A DNA stretch of 7,000 nucleotides from Nitrosomonas europaea (GTDB lineage: Bacteria > Pseudomonadota > Gammaproteobacteria > Burkholderiales > Nitrosomonadaceae): the NCBI RefSeq assembly GCF_900167395.1, contig NZ_FUWK01000064.1:1-7000 (forward strand), written 5' to 3'. Shown one piece after another: positions 5,109-7,000 of this stretch (positions are counted from its first letter, which is position 1; each line of letters begins with the position of its first letter). Position numbers and translations under genes: made by a program. Below the pieces are notes generated by a model that had not been told where the DNA came from, made no database searches, and saw only the letters and a program-made list of their open reading frames with translations.

Positions 5109-6233
5109 CTACTCGGGCAGATCATTCAGCTCGTAGCTGGTGCTACGCCCGCCGGCATCCGATTTGCGCAGCACGCCCCGCGTCAGCAGATCGTTGATGT
5201 CGCGCAGTGCCGTGTCCGGCGAGCATTTGGCGATGGCCGCCCACTTGCTGCTGGTGAGCTTGCCCTCGAAACCATCGAGCAGCTTGTTCAGCAATTTCAC
5301 CTGCCGCTCGTTCAACGGGGTCGTCGCCCATCGCTGCCAGAACCGCGCTTTCGTCAGGACAGCGTCCAGCGTGTGCTGGGCCTGGTCGACGGCGCGATGA
5401 AGCGTGTCGAGGAACCACGCAAGCCACTCGGTGACATCCATCGACCGCTTCTGCGTCCTCTCCAGGATGTCGTAGTAAGCCTTGCGCTCGCGCTGGATCT
5501 GCGCCGACAAACTGTAGAAGCGTTGCGGGCTGCCATCGGCACGCGCCAGCAGCAGATCGCCAATGGCCCGGGCGATACGGCCATTGCCATCATCGAATGG
5601 GTGCAGAGTGACGAACCACAGATGGCCAAGGCCTGCCTTGAGCAGTGGCGGTTCGTTTAATGTGCCATTCAGCCAGTCGAGGAAGCGGCTGGTTTCGGTC
5701 TCGAGGCGATCGGCCGGCGGTGCTTCGAAATGCACCCGCTGGCGGCCGATGGGTCCGGACACCACCTGCATCGGGCCGGTGGCATCGTCGCGCCAGCCGC
5801 CGACGTTGATCTTGGAGAGCCCAGAATAGCCGGTAGGAAACAGTGCGGCATGCCAGCCGAACAGACGCTCACGCGACACCAGTGCCTGGCAGTTGGCGGT
5901 GGCATCGAGCACCATCTCGACCACGCCTTCGACATGCCGATCGACCGGAGCGAGCGCGCCGATGTCAACGCCCAACCTGCGGGCGATGGACGAGCGCACG
6001 GATTCAACGTTGAGCTGCTCGCCTTCGATCTCGCTGGTCTTGACCACGTCCTCGGTGAGCGCCGCGAGACTCGCTTGGTCACGCAAGGCCATGCCGACGT
6101 CAGCCAGACGCCCCATCAAGAGCCCTTGGGCACGACTGACCTCAGCCATGGGCTCGGCCAGCGCCGCCAGGTCGAAGCGCCAGTTTGGCCAGTCACTGGC
6201 CTGCCAGATGTATTTGTATTCGCCGCTATTCAT
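5109..6233 (-). CDS. Fic-family protein (AMPylase/adenylyltransferase-type), class II, SoFic-like architecture (DUF4172-like N-terminus, Fic core, C-terminal wHTH)
   Basis: 374-aa ORF. The canonical Fic motif HPFDDGNGRIAR is at aa 211-222 (nt 5568-5603). The intramolecular inhibitory motif TSEIEG, fitting (S/T)xxxE(G/N), is at aa 66-71 (nt 6021-6038). The N-terminus YIWQASDWPNWRFD is typical of DUF4172. The C-terminal segment LNERQVKLLNKLLDGFEGKLTSSKWAAIAKCSPDTALRDINDLLTRGVL looks like a winged helix. Confidence 0.95.
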   Translation of the reverse strand: MNSGEYKYIWQASDWPNWRFDLAALAEPMAEVSRAQGLLMGRLADVGMALRDQASLAALTEDVVKTSEIEGEQLNVESVRSSIARRLGVDIGALAPVDRHVEGVVEMVLDATANCQALVSRERLFGWHAALFPTGYSGLSKINVGGWRDDATGPMQVVSGPIGRQRVHFEAPPADRLETETSRFLDWLNGTLNEPPLLKAGLGHLWFVTLHPFDDGNGRIARAIGDLLLARADGSPQRFYSLSAQIQRERKAYYDILERTQKRSMDVTEWLAWFLDTLHRAVDQAQHTLDAVLTKARFWQRWATTPLNERQVKLLNKLLDGFEGKLTSSKWAAIAKCSPDTALRDINDLLTRGVLRKSDAGGRSTSYELNDLPE

Positions 6234-6239
6234 GCGGAG

Positions 6240-6268
6240 ATTATGGACTGCAATCTCCGCACGCGCAA
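6240..6268 (-). promoter_or_regulatory. Possible promoter abutting the Fic start codon (would give a leaderless or very short-leader mRNA)
   Basis: On the minus strand: -35 TTGCGC (complement of 6263-6268), 17-nt spacer, -10 CATAAT (complement of 6240-6245), then 6 nt before the ATG (complement of 6231-6233). The same DNA can fold as an 8-bp hairpin (6234-6241 / 6253-6260), so the interpretation is ambiguous. Confidence 0.25.
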
Positions 6269-6373
6269 GTCAATCGCCGCGCATTGTGCGGTGAATGTGG
6301 TCACCATTCGCCGCATGACGGATCGCCTTGCCCCAGGAATGGGTGTAAATGGGTGTGTTATTGGCTGTGGCAA

Positions 6374-6413
6374 CGGACGCGGGTTCAGTTCCCGTTTCGG
6401 GAATTGAACTGGC
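6374..6413 (+). repeat. att-like core element, copy C
   Basis: cggacgcg GGTTCAGTTCC cgtttcg GGAATTGAACT ggc. Arms are 6382-6392 and 6400-6410 (9/11 complementary), spacer 6393-6399. Downstream, 6422-6450 (gcagacgaggttgaggccgtattccgact) is also similar to the sequence following copy B (4698-4729). Confidence 0.8.
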
Positions 6414-6510
6414 CACGGAAAGCAGACGAGGTTGAGGCCGTATTCCGACTACCAATCAGTCCGAAAAACCTGCTTGATCGTCCACTGCCGACGGGCGTAC
6501 CGGCAGGCTT

Positions 6511-6560
6511 TTCGCTCCGGTTCGCACTGGTTCGCAGCAACCCGCAGCGCTTCGATTCCG
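6511..6560. repeat. Five tandem degenerate 10-mers (TTCGCnnnGG type)
   Basis: ttcgctccgg / ttcgcactgg / ttcgcagcaa / cccgcagcgc / ttcgattccg fall exactly in 10-bp register from 6511. The motif core YCGCA resembles the phased CCGCA array at 2605-2660. Confidence 0.5.
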
Positions 6561-6608
6561 TACTTTCAATAGTCGTTTGATGCGGGGTACCACCCCACCA
6601 CCAATACC

Positions 6609-6641
6609 AAAAAACCCAACCGATGAAGGTTGGGTTTTTTT
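6609..6641. terminator. Rho-independent terminator, bidirectional in form
   Basis: aaaaaacccaacc gatgaa ggttgggttttttt. The 9-bp GC-containing stem is 6613-6621 / 6628-6636, with a 6-nt loop. The stem-plus-run of 7 T (6635-6641) is mirrored by a run of 6 A upstream (6609-6614). Confidence 0.8.
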
Positions 6642-6662
6642 CTGTTTGAAATCCTTACTGTA

Positions 6663-7000
6663 ACCTGAGTTCGGGATAAGAAAAGAGGAAGTGAGCGCCC
6701 GCCTTTTTGCGTAAGATTATGTTTCCAAAAACAAATCAATCGCATTCAGGAGGCGCTCATGGACAGTTTAACTGAACTTTTTTGTCTCATAGATGATTTC
6801 TGCTGCCAATTCGAGCCCGCTTTAGAACGCCGCCTTCTGGAAACAGGGGTAAAGAAGCGCAAGCGCTGCAGCGGGTTGAGTTTGTCGGAGTTGATGACCT
6901 TGACCGTTTTGTTTCATCAATTGCGCTTTCGCCAGTTCAAGAGTTTCTACCTGGTTTACGTATGCCGTCACTTGCAGGCTGAGTTTCCGAAGTTGCCGAG
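6663..7000 (+). mobile_element. IS982-family insertion sequence, left-hand portion (partial)
   Basis: An AT-richer block contains the IS982-type transposase start. The proposed left terminus ACCTGAGTTCGGGATAAG at about 6663 is a guess based on the ACC.. termini remembered for this family. The other end is outside the window, so the boundary could lie anywhere in about 6642-6700. Confidence 0.55.
6759..7000 (+). CDS. IS982-family transposase, N-terminal about 80 codons; 3' end lies outside the window
   Basis: ATG at 6759 is preceded by AGGAGG (6749-6754). MDSLTELFCLIDDFCCQFEPALERRLLETGVKKRKRCSGLSLSELMTLTVLFHQLRFRQFKSFYLVYVCRHLQAEFPKLP matches the conserved IS982 N-terminal pattern (ELFC..DDFC..F.P......R.R...LS.SE.MT....FH.....FK.FY........FP.L). 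Confidence 0.85.
   Translation, partial: MDSLTELFCLIDDFCCQFEPALERRLLETGVKKRKRCSGLSLSELMTLTVLFHQLRFRQFKSFYLVYVCRHLQAEFPKLP

Noticed and set aside
4470-5136. ORFs 4470-4883 (-) and 4741-5136 (+)
   Set aside because: The first runs through repeat B and the box and overlaps the HTH gene out of frame. The second is antisense to the HTH gene.
2407-6413. CRISPR array or integron attC sites as an explanation for the three repeats
   Set aside because: The repeats are about 1.7-2.2 kb apart and separated by full genes, which is not CRISPR spacing. The 29-bp palindrome is too short for an attC. It also lacks the RYYYAAC / GTTRRRY core pair, and the modules contain divergent gene pairs, unlike typical cassettes.
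5140-6580. ORFs overlapping or antisense to the Fic gene (5140-5400, 5143-5427, 5354-5629, 5373-5660, 5563-5829, 5669-6082, 5730-6407, 5893-6294) and 6185-6580 (+), 6270-6455 (-)
   Set aside because: The Fic frame carries the full catalytic and inhibitory motifs, and the others are shadow frames. The last two extend into spacer C across the core palindrome and have no coding signals.

Overview
GC-rich, proteobacteria-like accessory segment bracketed by two partial insertion sequences: an IS3-family right end (1 to about 311) and an IS982-family left end (about 6663 to 7000). Between them lie three functionally unrelated gene modules. (i) A BrxR/CapW-like WYL regulator (453-1367, -) is divergent from a DUF3223(DCL)-HNH-like nuclease (1618-2364, +). 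An inverted repeat overlaps both predicted promoters. (ii) An ABM-fold monooxygenase (3009-3311, -) is divergent from a GlxA-type AraC regulator (3426-4388, +). (iii) A class II SoFic-like Fic enzyme (5109-6233, -) is followed by an excisionase/AlpA-like HTH gene (4813-5025, -). The modules are separated by long ORF-free spacers, and each spacer begins with the same 40-nt element (2407-2446, 4650-4689, 6374-6413). This element is a conserved CGGACGCG flank plus an 11-7-11 imperfect palindrome with arm consensus GGTTCAATTCC. Its left half looks like the T-arm region of a tmRNA/tRNA 3' end. Two spacers also carry a conserved box of about 62-65 bp built from TACCGAC / GTCGGTA / TACCGAC, and two carry helically phased YCGCA motifs. 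My best reading is a tandem array of att-like recombination sites, an accretion of small integrase-less islets at or derived from a tmRNA/tRNA-type target. The WYL-regulated DUF3223-HNH pair is the most plausible candidate for an uncharacterised defence-type module. All calls rest on reading the sequence and on remembered family motifs. No database search was run.
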